Positions 48,661 to 56,158 of a stretch of DNA of 64,000 nt are shown here, piece by piece. The stretch lies in assembly GCA_965223415.1 (NCBI GenBank), contig OZ245002.1:3584001-3648000 (forward strand), written 5' to 3'. A program made the translations under genes and the position numbers. This stretch comes from Myxococcota bacterium. GTDB lineage: Bacteria > Myxococcota_A > UBA9160 > UBA6930. A model generated the notes under the pieces. The model saw only the letters and a list, made by a program, of their open reading frames with translations. It was not told the DNA's origin and made no database searches. Numbering within the stretch: the first letter of the stretch is position 1; every line of letters starts with the position of its first letter.

Positions 48661-49578
48661 GTGAACCGTCGCTCGATCGGCTTTCCCCTCGCGGTCGGCA
48701 TCACCCTGATGGTGCTGGCGCTGGTGCTCGCTGTCGGCTGGCAGGTGCTGGTGGTGGGAGACCTCGGGCCGGTGACGCGCGGGCTCACGGCCGTCCACTG
48801 GACCTTCCTGATCCTGGGATCGGCCTTCTTCGTGCTGATCATCGTGGGGCTCCTGCTGCTGATCGTGTGGCTGGTGCGCGAGATCCGCCTCAACCAGCGC
48901 CAGCAGGCCTTCCTCGACGCGGTGACCCACGAGATGAAGACACCGCTCGCCTCCCTGCGGCTCTACGTCGAGACCCTGGGACGCCACGATCCGGCGCCGG
49001 ACCGGCGCCGGGAGTTCCTGGGCCGCATGGGGGAGGACGTGGAGCGCCTGGAGCGCACGGTCAACCAGGTGCTGATCGCCGCCCGGGCGGACGCGCGGGC
49101 CAAGGCGCCCGACGAAGTGACGGACCTGACCCAGCTCGTGGCCGAGGTGGCCGAGGAGATCCGCGGCCACTACGGGCTCGCGCCCGGGGCCATCGTGCTT
49201 CCCCGGCGGGCGCCGCTCCCGGCCCTGGGCGATCCGGGCGAGCTGGCGGTGGTGGTGCGGAACCTGCTCGAGAACGCCGTGAAGTACTCGGCGCCGGAGG
49301 TCTCCATCCGCGTCGACCTGGAGCGCGTCGGGGATCGCGTCGAGCTGGTGATCGCCGACCGGGGCATCGGCATCGCCGCTGCCGATCTCGGGCGGATCTT
49401 CGACCGCTTCAGCCGGGTCGGCCGGGACGTGCAGCGCCAGGCGGGCCTCGGGCTCGGGCTCTTCATCGTCTGGAACCTCGTCCGCCGCAACGGCGGCCGG
49501 GTGGTGGCGCGCAGCGAGGGCCTCGGGCGGGGCAGCGAGTTCCGCGTGAGCCTTCGCGCTGCGGAAGCCGGGGCCTAG
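48661..49578 (+). CDS. Sensor histidine kinase (HisKA, HATPase_c), two TM, short loop
   Basis: AVTHEMKTPL, NLLENAVKYS, DRGIGI, FDRF, GLGLGL. Confidence 0.95.
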   Translation: MNRRSIGFPLAVGITLMVLALVLAVGWQVLVVGDLGPVTRGLTAVHWTFLILGSAFFVLIIVGLLLLIVWLVREIRLNQRQQAFLDAVTHEMKTPLASLRLYVETLGRHDPAPDRRREFLGRMGEDVERLERTVNQVLIAARADARAKAPDEVTDLTQLVAEVAEEIRGHYGLAPGAIVLPRRAPLPALGDPGELAVVVRNLLENAVKYSAPEVSIRVDLERVGDRVELVIADRGIGIAAADLGRIFDRFSRVGRDVQRQAGLGLGLFIVWNLVRRNGGRVVARSEGLGRGSEFRVSLRAAEAGA

Positions 49579-49614
49579 CGCCGTGCTCGATGCCGTCGAG
49601 GCCAGCGCCTAGCC

Positions 49615-50319
49615 GTGTCGCGGATCGTCGTCGTGGAGGACGAGGCCCACATCGCCGACGGGCTGGCCTTCAACCTGGAGGCGGAAGGCCATGAGGTGGT
49701 GGTGATCTCCGACGGGGCGGAGGCGGCGGAGCGGCTCGGAGGGCCCGACCGCGAGGCGTGCGACCTGGTGATCCTCGACCTGATGCTGCCGGGCCTCTCC
49801 GGCCACGAAGTCGCCCGGCGCGCCCGCGCCGCGGGCAACTACGTCCCCATCTTGATCCTCACTGCCAAGGACGCCCCGGCCGACGTGGTCCGCGGCATCG
49901 AGGAGGGCGCCGACGACTACCTGACGAAGCCCTTCAAGCTCGACGAGCTGCTGGCGCGGACCCGCTCGCTGCTGCGCCGCCGGCGCTGGGACGGGGCCCG
50001 GAGCGAGGACGACGGCGAGAGCGAGCTGCGGCTCGGGCCCGTCTGCGTGCGCTTCGATCGCTTCGAGGTGGTGGGACCGGACGGCGTCCAGCCGCTCACC
50101 CCCCGCGAGGTGGGTCTCCTGCGCGCGCTCCTCGACCGGGAGGGCGAGGCCGTGAGCCGCGGGGAGCTGCTCGAGAGCGTCTGGGGCCTGCACCCGGAGA
50201 CGCGCACGCGGGTCGTCGACAGCTTCGTCGTGCGCCTGCGCCGCTACCTGGAGCCGGATCCGGCCCGGCCCCGCCACATCGTCTCGGTCCGCGGCCACGG
50301 CTACAAGTTCGTGCGCTGA
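49615..50319 (+). CDS. OmpR-family response regulator
   Basis: VVEDE, ILDLMLPG, LTAK, GADDYLTKPF, winged helix TRVVDSFV..LRR..VRGHGY. Confidence 0.96.
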   Translation: MSRIVVVEDEAHIADGLAFNLEAEGHEVVVISDGAEAAERLGGPDREACDLVILDLMLPGLSGHEVARRARAAGNYVPILILTAKDAPADVVRGIEEGADDYLTKPFKLDELLARTRSLLRRRRWDGARSEDDGESELRLGPVCVRFDRFEVVGPDGVQPLTPREVGLLRALLDREGEAVSRGELLESVWGLHPETRTRVVDSFVVRLRRYLEPDPARPRHIVSVRGHGYKFVR

Positions 50320-50345
50320 TCCGGCCGGTCTGTCACTCTCCCGCC

Positions 50346-51125
50346 ATGGCGGACGCGCTCCAGCTGCACGCGCTGCCGACCCTCGACGAGCCGATCCTGA
50401 TCCTGGCCTTCGACGGCTGGAACGACGCGGGGGATGCCGCCACGTCGGCGGTGCACTTCCTCCGTGACGCGCTGCCGATGGCGCCTCTCGCCGAGATCGA
50501 CCCGGAGATCTACTACGACTTCACCGTGCGCCGGCCCACGGTGCAGCTCGGTGAGGGCCAGGTGCGGCGCATCGAGTGGCCGAGCTATCGCTTCCACTAC
50601 GCCTCGGTGGCCGGGCGATGCGACATCGTGGTCGGGATCGGAGGCGAGCCGCACCTGCGCTGGCGGAGCTTCTGCGACGAGCTGCTCGAGCTCGTCCACC
50701 GGGTCGGGGTGCGCCGCGTCGTGTTGCTCGGCGCCTACCTCGCGGACATTCTCTACTCGCTTCCGGTGCGGGTCACCGGCTTTGCCCATCCTTCCGTGGA
50801 GCTCGAGTCCCTCGGCATCGAGGCCTCCGGCTACGAGGGCCCCACCGGTATCGTCGGTGTGCTTGCCGACCGGCTGCGGGAGCAGGGGCTGCCGGTGGTG
50901 AGTCTGTGGGCTTCGCTGCCCCACTACATCAGCGTCACGCCGAACCCCCGCGGCGCCCTGGCCCTGATCCAGGCGCTCACCCGCACCGTCGACCTGCCCC
51001 TCGACCAGTCCCCCCTCCGCGCCGAGGCGGCCGAGTTCGAGGTGCGCATCAACGAGCAGGTCGCCGCCGACCCGGCCCTCGCCGAGTACGTCCGCGAGCT
51101 CAAGAAGCGCGAGTTCGCCCAGTAG
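50346..51125 (+). CDS. PAC2 (proteasome assembly chaperone) family protein
   Basis: AFDGWNDAGDAAT, YYDFTVRRP, EPHLRW, YEGPTGIVG, SLWASLPHY. Confidence 0.9.
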   Translation: MADALQLHALPTLDEPILILAFDGWNDAGDAATSAVHFLRDALPMAPLAEIDPEIYYDFTVRRPTVQLGEGQVRRIEWPSYRFHYASVAGRCDIVVGIGGEPHLRWRSFCDELLELVHRVGVRRVVLLGAYLADILYSLPVRVTGFAHPSVELESLGIEASGYEGPTGIVGVLADRLREQGLPVVSLWASLPHYISVTPNPRGALALIQALTRTVDLPLDQSPLRAEAAEFEVRINEQVAADPALAEYVRELKKREFAQ

Positions 51126-51130
51126 CAACC

Positions 51131-51216
51131 CGCAAGGGTGGGGACGTTCCTTGCAACTTGCACAACGCCCCGGGGGGCAAGAAACGCAAGTTGCAAGGAA
51201 CGTCCCCGTTCTTGCG
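51131..51216. repeat. Long inverted repeat (REP-like or bidirectional terminator) between convergent genes
   Basis: Perfect 22-bp arms GGGGACGTTCCTTGCAACTTGC (51140-51161) / GCAAGTTGCAAGGAACGTCCCC (51186-51207); outer CGCAAG/CTTGCG. Confidence 0.85.
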
Positions 51217-51224
51217 TTCTTGGG

Positions 51225-51476
51225 TCAGAGCTCGATGGATTCCTCGATGAGCATGACGGGGATGCCGTCGTCGACCCGGTAGAGGACCTTGCCGTCCTCG
51301 CGGACGAGGGCTTCGGCGATCTCGTGCTCGGGCTGGGCGCCTCCGCGGTTGCGGAGGCTGCCGTCGCGTATGCCCGCGTTGACCCGCTCGAGCTGCTCGG
51401 CGGTGGCGAGGACGACGGGCTGCTTGGTCTCCGGGCAGACCAGGATCTCGACCAGTTCGGGGCTGACGGTGGGCAT
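51225..51476 (-). CDS. Trm112 family protein
   Basis: LVEILVCPETKQP...LYRVDDGIPVMLIEE. Confidence 0.88.
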   Translation of the reverse strand: MPTVSPELVEILVCPETKQPVVLATAEQLERVNAGIRDGSLRNRGGAQPEHEIAEALVREDGKVLYRVDDGIPVMLIEESIEL

Positions 51477-51496
51477 GGTGGTGGGTCCTCTCGGTC

Positions 51497-52723
51497 CTAG
51501 CGGAGCATGCTGGACGGGTAGTCCAGGATGCGGCGGGCGACGATCAGCTGGTTGATCTGCTGGGTGCCCTCGTAGATGTCGTTGATCTTGGCGTCCCGCA
51601 TCCACTTCTCGACGAGCAGCCTCTTCGACCAGCCCGGCGGGCCCAGCAGCTCCACGGCCTTCTGCGTGATGCGGGTGACGGCGAGGCCGGCCTTGGCCTT
51701 CGCCATGGAGGCCTCCAGGTTGTTGGGGCGGCCGCGGTTCATCATCGAGGCGGCGCGCCAGGTGAGGAGCCGGGCCGCCTGCAGCTCGGCCTCCATCTCC
51801 ATGACGTCGCGCTCGAGGGCCGTGAGCTCGGACGGCGGCGCGTCGTAGCGGATCCGCACGCCCTGCCGATCGAGCTCCTCCTTCACGAAGTCGAGGGCGG
51901 CGCGGCCGACGCCGACCGCCATGGCCGCGACGATCGGACGGCTGGCGTCGAAGGTCGCCATGGCGCCCTTGAAGCCCTTGTCGCCGCCGCTCCCGCTCTT
52001 CGCATCCTTCTTCTTGACCTCGGCGCTGCCGAGCAGGTTCGCCATGGGCACCCGGCAATCCTCGAACACCAGGGTCGCCGTGTCCGAGGCGCGGATGCCG
52101 AGCTTGTTCTCGAGGCCGACCAGGGTCATCCCCGGCGTCCCCGCCGGCACCACGAAGGCCTTGATCCCGCCGCGGCCCGCGGACTTGTCGACGGTGGCCC
52201 ACACCACCACGAAGCCGCCCTCTGCCTGGGAGGCGCCCTCGCCGCCGGTGCAGAAGATCTTCGTGCCGTTCAGGATCCAATCGTCTCCGTCGCGGGTGGC
52301 GGTGGTCTCGATCGCCGCGCTGTCCGAGCCGGCGGAGGGCTCGGTGATCGCCATCGCGCCCCAGGCCGGCGGCCCGTCGCCCTGGAACACGGAGAGGAAG
52401 CGCTGCTTCTGCTCCTTCGTCCCCGCCGCCGCCACCGCGGAGCCGCCCAGACCGGCGAAGGGCGTGCGCAGGTAGAGCCCGGCGTCGCCCCAGCAGAGCT
52501 CCTCAGTCTGCACGCAGACCTGGATGAAGCCGTCGCTGGGCCCGGCCTTCTCGGGCCCGCCCTTGCGCCCCTCCTTCCAGTACCAGTCCACCCACTCGCT
52601 GGGCAGGTCGTGCTCCTGGGTGTCGTACTTGCGGGAGATCGGTCGCAGGTGGTCCGCGGCCATCGCGTGGAAGTGCTCCCGGGCCAGGCGCGTCGTCTCG
52701 CTCATCTCGAAGGAGATCGCCAT
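51497..52723 (-). CDS. Acyl-CoA dehydrogenase (FadE23-like)
   Basis: AMAITEPSAGSD, LNGTKIF, KLGIRASDT, WMRDAKINDIYEGTQQI. Confidence 0.95.
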   Translation of the reverse strand: MAISFEMSETTRLAREHFHAMAADHLRPISRKYDTQEHDLPSEWVDWYWKEGRKGGPEKAGPSDGFIQVCVQTEELCWGDAGLYLRTPFAGLGGSAVAAAGTKEQKQRFLSVFQGDGPPAWGAMAITEPSAGSDSAAIETTATRDGDDWILNGTKIFCTGGEGASQAEGGFVVVWATVDKSAGRGGIKAFVVPAGTPGMTLVGLENKLGIRASDTATLVFEDCRVPMANLLGSAEVKKKDAKSGSGGDKGFKGAMATFDASRPIVAAMAVGVGRAALDFVKEELDRQGVRIRYDAPPSELTALERDVMEMEAELQAARLLTWRAASMMNRGRPNNLEASMAKAKAGLAVTRITQKAVELLGPPGWSKRLLVEKWMRDAKINDIYEGTQQINQLIVARRILDYPSSMLR

Positions 52724-52735
52724 TCCGTTCCCCTC

Positions 52736-53824
52736 TTACACCAGGGCCGTGGCTTCGAGCACAGCCAGGCCCCGCGCGTTGCGCAGGTGCATCTCGGGCA
52801 GGTACTCGCGGATGTAGCCGTGGCCTCCGAACACCTGGACGGCGCCGTCGGCGGCTTCGAGGGCCACCCGTCGCACCTGCTGGATGGCGAGGGTCGCGCA
52901 GCGCAGCGCGTCCTCGCCGCGGTCGAGCTGCCAGGCGGCTTCCCAGGTGAGCAGCCGCGCGCCGTCGATCTCGATGGCCATGTCGGCGAGCTTGAAGGCG
53001 ATGGCTTGCTTCTGGGCGATCTTCACGCCGAAGGCCTCTCGTTCCTTCGCATAGTCGCGGGCGACCTCGAAGGTGGCCCGCGCGACGCCCAGCCCGGCGG
53101 CCGCCAGCGCTACCCGCCCCTGGGCGACGATGCGCCGCAGGTCCGAGCCGGCGCCTTCGCCGAGCCGGGCCGAGGCCGGTACGCGCACGCCGCCCATGCG
53201 GAGCCCCGCGGTGGCCAGCGCCTGGAGGCCCATGTTCTGCTCGGCGGTCGCCGTGAGGCCGTCCGCGTCCCGGGGCACGAGGAAGCCCTGGGGCGAGCCA
53301 TCCTCGTCGGCGAAGACGAGCACGACGTCGTCGCCGTCCTGCCACGGAACGAGGGCCTTCTCGCCGACGAGCACGTAGCCTTGGCCGTCCCTCTTCGCGG
53401 TCGCCTGGGGCCGGAAGGGATCCGAGCCGAAGCGCGGCTCCTGCAGCGCCAGGGCTCCGGGGACGAAGTGCGGCCCCGCGTAGCGCGGGAGCCACGCCTT
53501 CTGCTGGGCCTCGCTGCCGAACTCCGAGACGGGCAGGGCGACGAGCCCCGGCGAGAGGATCGCCAGTGCGAGGGCGAGGTCTCCCCAGGCCAGCTCCTCG
53601 GCGATCAGCGCGCCGGTCACCGCGCTGCGCTCGCCGCCGCCCCCGAAGGCCTCGGGCAGCCCGTTCGCCACGAGCCCCAGCTCGTGGGCCCGGGCGAGCA
53701 CCGCGTCCGGCAGCTTGCCGGCTTCGTCGCACTCCCGCGCCACGGGGCGGAGCTCCTGCTCTGCGAACTGGCGCACCGTGTCGACGATGAGCTGCTGCTC
53801 CTCGCTCGGCTCGAAGTCGATCAT
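52736..53824 (-). CDS. Acyl-CoA dehydrogenase family protein (FadE24-like, short C-terminus)
   Basis: EELAWGD, ALQEP, YAKEREAFG, QAIAFKLADM, VQVFGGHGY. Confidence 0.92.
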   Translation of the reverse strand: MIDFEPSEEQQLIVDTVRQFAEQELRPVARECDEAGKLPDAVLARAHELGLVANGLPEAFGGGGERSAVTGALIAEELAWGDLALALAILSPGLVALPVSEFGSEAQQKAWLPRYAGPHFVPGALALQEPRFGSDPFRPQATAKRDGQGYVLVGEKALVPWQDGDDVVLVFADEDGSPQGFLVPRDADGLTATAEQNMGLQALATAGLRMGGVRVPASARLGEGAGSDLRRIVAQGRVALAAAGLGVARATFEVARDYAKEREAFGVKIAQKQAIAFKLADMAIEIDGARLLTWEAAWQLDRGEDALRCATLAIQQVRRVALEAADGAVQVFGGHGYIREYLPEMHLRNARGLAVLEATALV

Positions 53825-53830
53825 CGGGGG

Positions 53831-55066
53831 CTAGACGCGCTCGACGATCGTCGCGATGCCCATCCCGCCGCCGATGCACATCGTCACGAGGCCGGTGGTC
53901 TTGTCCTGGCGCTCGAGCTCGTCGACGACCGTGCCGATCAGCATCGCGCCGGTGGCGCCGAGCGGGTGGCCGAGGGCGATGGCGCCGCCGTTCATGTTGA
54001 CCTTGCCGTGGTCCATGCCGAGATCCCGCATCACCTTCATCGGGATCGCCGCGAAGGCCTCGTTGATTTCGATCAGGTCGACGTCGCCGAGCTCCATGCC
54101 CGCCTTCGCGAGGCACTTCTCCGTCGCCGGGGTCGGCGCTGTCAGCATGATCACCGGCTCGTCGGCGGCGGTGGCCGTGGCGACGATGCGCGCCCGCGGC
54201 GTGAGGCCGTGGCTCTTCGCGTATTCCGGTGCGGCGAGCAGCACCGCCGCGGCGCCGTCGACGATGCCCGACGAGTTGCCCGCGGTATGGATGTGCTGGA
54301 TGCCGTCGATCTGCGGATAGACCGAGAGCGCCTTCTCATCCATCGAGCGCGTGTCGCCCTTCTGCACGTAGGCGCCCATTCCCTCGAAGGACGGCGTCAG
54401 CTTGCCGAGGCTCTCGACCGTGCCGCCGGGCCGCGGGTGCTCGTCGCGCTCGAGGGCCAGGTTGCCTTCGGCGTCGCGCACCGGAATCAGGCTCTTCTCG
54501 AAGCGCCCCTCCTTCTGCGCGGCCTCACAGCGGGCCTGGCTCTCGGCGGCGAAGGCGTCGGCATCCTCCCGGGTGAAGCCCTCGAGGGTGGCGATCAGGT
54601 CCGCCGAGATGCCCTGGGGCACCAGCGGGTGGAGGGCCGAGAGCTGCGGGTCCTTGCCGTCGAGGCCGCCGCCGGACGATCCCATCGGCACGCGGGACAT
54701 GCTCTCGACGCCGCCGCCGATCACCAGATCCTGCTGGCCGCTCATCACGCCCATGGCGGCGAAGTTCACCGCCTGCTGGCCCGAGCCGCAGAAGCGGTTC
54801 AGGGTGACGCCGCTCGCGGTCTTCGGGTCCCAGCCCGCCGCCAGCACGCCGTTGCGGGCGATGCAGGCGGCCTGCTCGTCCACCGCGGAGACGCAGCCGG
54901 CCACCACGTCCTCCACGTCGCTCGGGTCGAAGCCGTTGCGGTCCTTGAGCGCGTTCAGGGTCTGGGCCAGTAGCTGCTGGGGATGCACGCCGGAGAGGCT
55001 GCCCGTGTCCTTCTTGCCCTTGCCGCGGGGGGTCCTCACCGCGTCGATGATCCAGGCTTCGCCCAT
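53831..55066 (-). CDS. Acetyl-CoA C-acyltransferase (thiolase)
   Basis: [43 protein letters not shown]. Confidence 0.96.
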   Translation of the reverse strand: MGEAWIIDAVRTPRGKGKKDTGSLSGVHPQQLLAQTLNALKDRNGFDPSDVEDVVAGCVSAVDEQAACIARNGVLAAGWDPKTASGVTLNRFCGSGQQAVNFAAMGVMSGQQDLVIGGGVESMSRVPMGSSGGGLDGKDPQLSALHPLVPQGISADLIATLEGFTREDADAFAAESQARCEAAQKEGRFEKSLIPVRDAEGNLALERDEHPRPGGTVESLGKLTPSFEGMGAYVQKGDTRSMDEKALSVYPQIDGIQHIHTAGNSSGIVDGAAAVLLAAPEYAKSHGLTPRARIVATATAADEPVIMLTAPTPATEKCLAKAGMELGDVDLIEINEAFAAIPMKVMRDLGMDHGKVNMNGGAIALGHPLGATGAMLIGTVVDELERQDKTTGLVTMCIGGGMGIATIVERV

Positions 55067-55416
55067 GGCCGAGTGCTCCTCTTGCAGAGAATGCAGGATC
55101 GGCGCTGGGCCGACCTCCGCGGGTGAGATTCCTCGCGGTGCGTGACCGCGCGAGTGGCGCTCCCCCATGGGGAAGCGGGCGGGATGGTATCGGATCGACC
55201 GGAGCGCCGCATCGCGCGGAGATGGCCGTCAGAACACCGTTCTGGGGGTTTTCCCGGCCCCCCCTCAGGGTTGACGCATGCAGGCTGAAGTTCTAATGAA
55301 CCGTCGCCCGCGCCCGGGTCCGCAACGCTTTTTCGTGCACCCCGTGAGGTGTACGAGCGCGCGCTCAGGTGACGGGAGTCCGGACCTTCCCACGCAGGGG
55401 GCGCTTCAGACACGTC

Positions 55417-56142
55417 ATGGGAACGCACCGCTCGCCCCGTCGTTCCATCGGCCTGCTCCTGTTCCTCGCGGTCGCCGGCTTCTGGCTCCTCGCCGGCTCG
55501 GGAGAGCGCGCGTCCGCCGACACCGCCCGTCGGGCCTCGAGTGTCTGCGAGGCGCAGGAGCTCAAGGCGCTCGCGGCCGAGGATCCGCACCTCCAGGTCG
55601 AGATCCCGCCGGAGTACGACAAGTCCTTCCCGACCCTGGCGGCCTGCCGTTCCCACGAGGCCGCCTGGGACCCCGCGGCCGAGGGCCCCCAGCAGCCGAT
55701 CCCCTTCAGCCACAAGCACCACGCCGGTGACTGGGAGATCGACTGCCTCTACTGCCACTCCGGGACCGATCGCTCCCGCGTCGCCGGCGTGCCCTCGACT
55801 GAGGTCTGCATGGGCTGCCACGAGCACTTCCCGGCCGAGTACGACGAGCTCGAGGGGATCCAGATCCTGAAGCAGTACTGGGCGGAGCAGAAGTCGATCC
55901 CCTGGACCCAGATCCACCGTCTTCCCGAGCACGTGAAGTTCCAGCATCAGGCCCACGTGCGCGCCGGTTTCGAGTGTCAGACCTGTCACGGCCAGGTGGA
56001 GGAGCTCGACAAGCTCTACCTCACGCCTGACACGAAGTGGTGGCAGTACGGGCTGCCGACCCAGAAGCTCGAGATGGGGTGGTGTGTCATGTGCCACCGC
56101 GACAACGGCGCCTCGCAAGACTGCCTGGCCTGCCACTACTAG
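55417..56142 (+). CDS. actA: Alternative complex III pentahaem cytochrome c subunit
   Basis: QPIPFSHKHH, CLYCH, CMGCH, HRLPEHVKFQH, CQTCHG, MGWCVMCH, CLACHY. Confidence 0.9.
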   Translation: MGTHRSPRRSIGLLLFLAVAGFWLLAGSGERASADTARRASSVCEAQELKALAAEDPHLQVEIPPEYDKSFPTLAACRSHEAAWDPAAEGPQQPIPFSHKHHAGDWEIDCLYCHSGTDRSRVAGVPSTEVCMGCHEHFPAEYDELEGIQILKQYWAEQKSIPWTQIHRLPEHVKFQHQAHVRAGFECQTCHGQVEELDKLYLTPDTKWWQYGLPTQKLEMGWCVMCHRDNGASQDCLACHY

Positions 56143-56158
56143 GACCTAGGACTTCCGG

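Noticed and set aside
55271..55299. Sigma70-like promoter for the act operon (TTGACG...TCTAAT)
   Set aside because: Spacer is only 15 nt and the -10 match is weak; cannot be supported without TSS data
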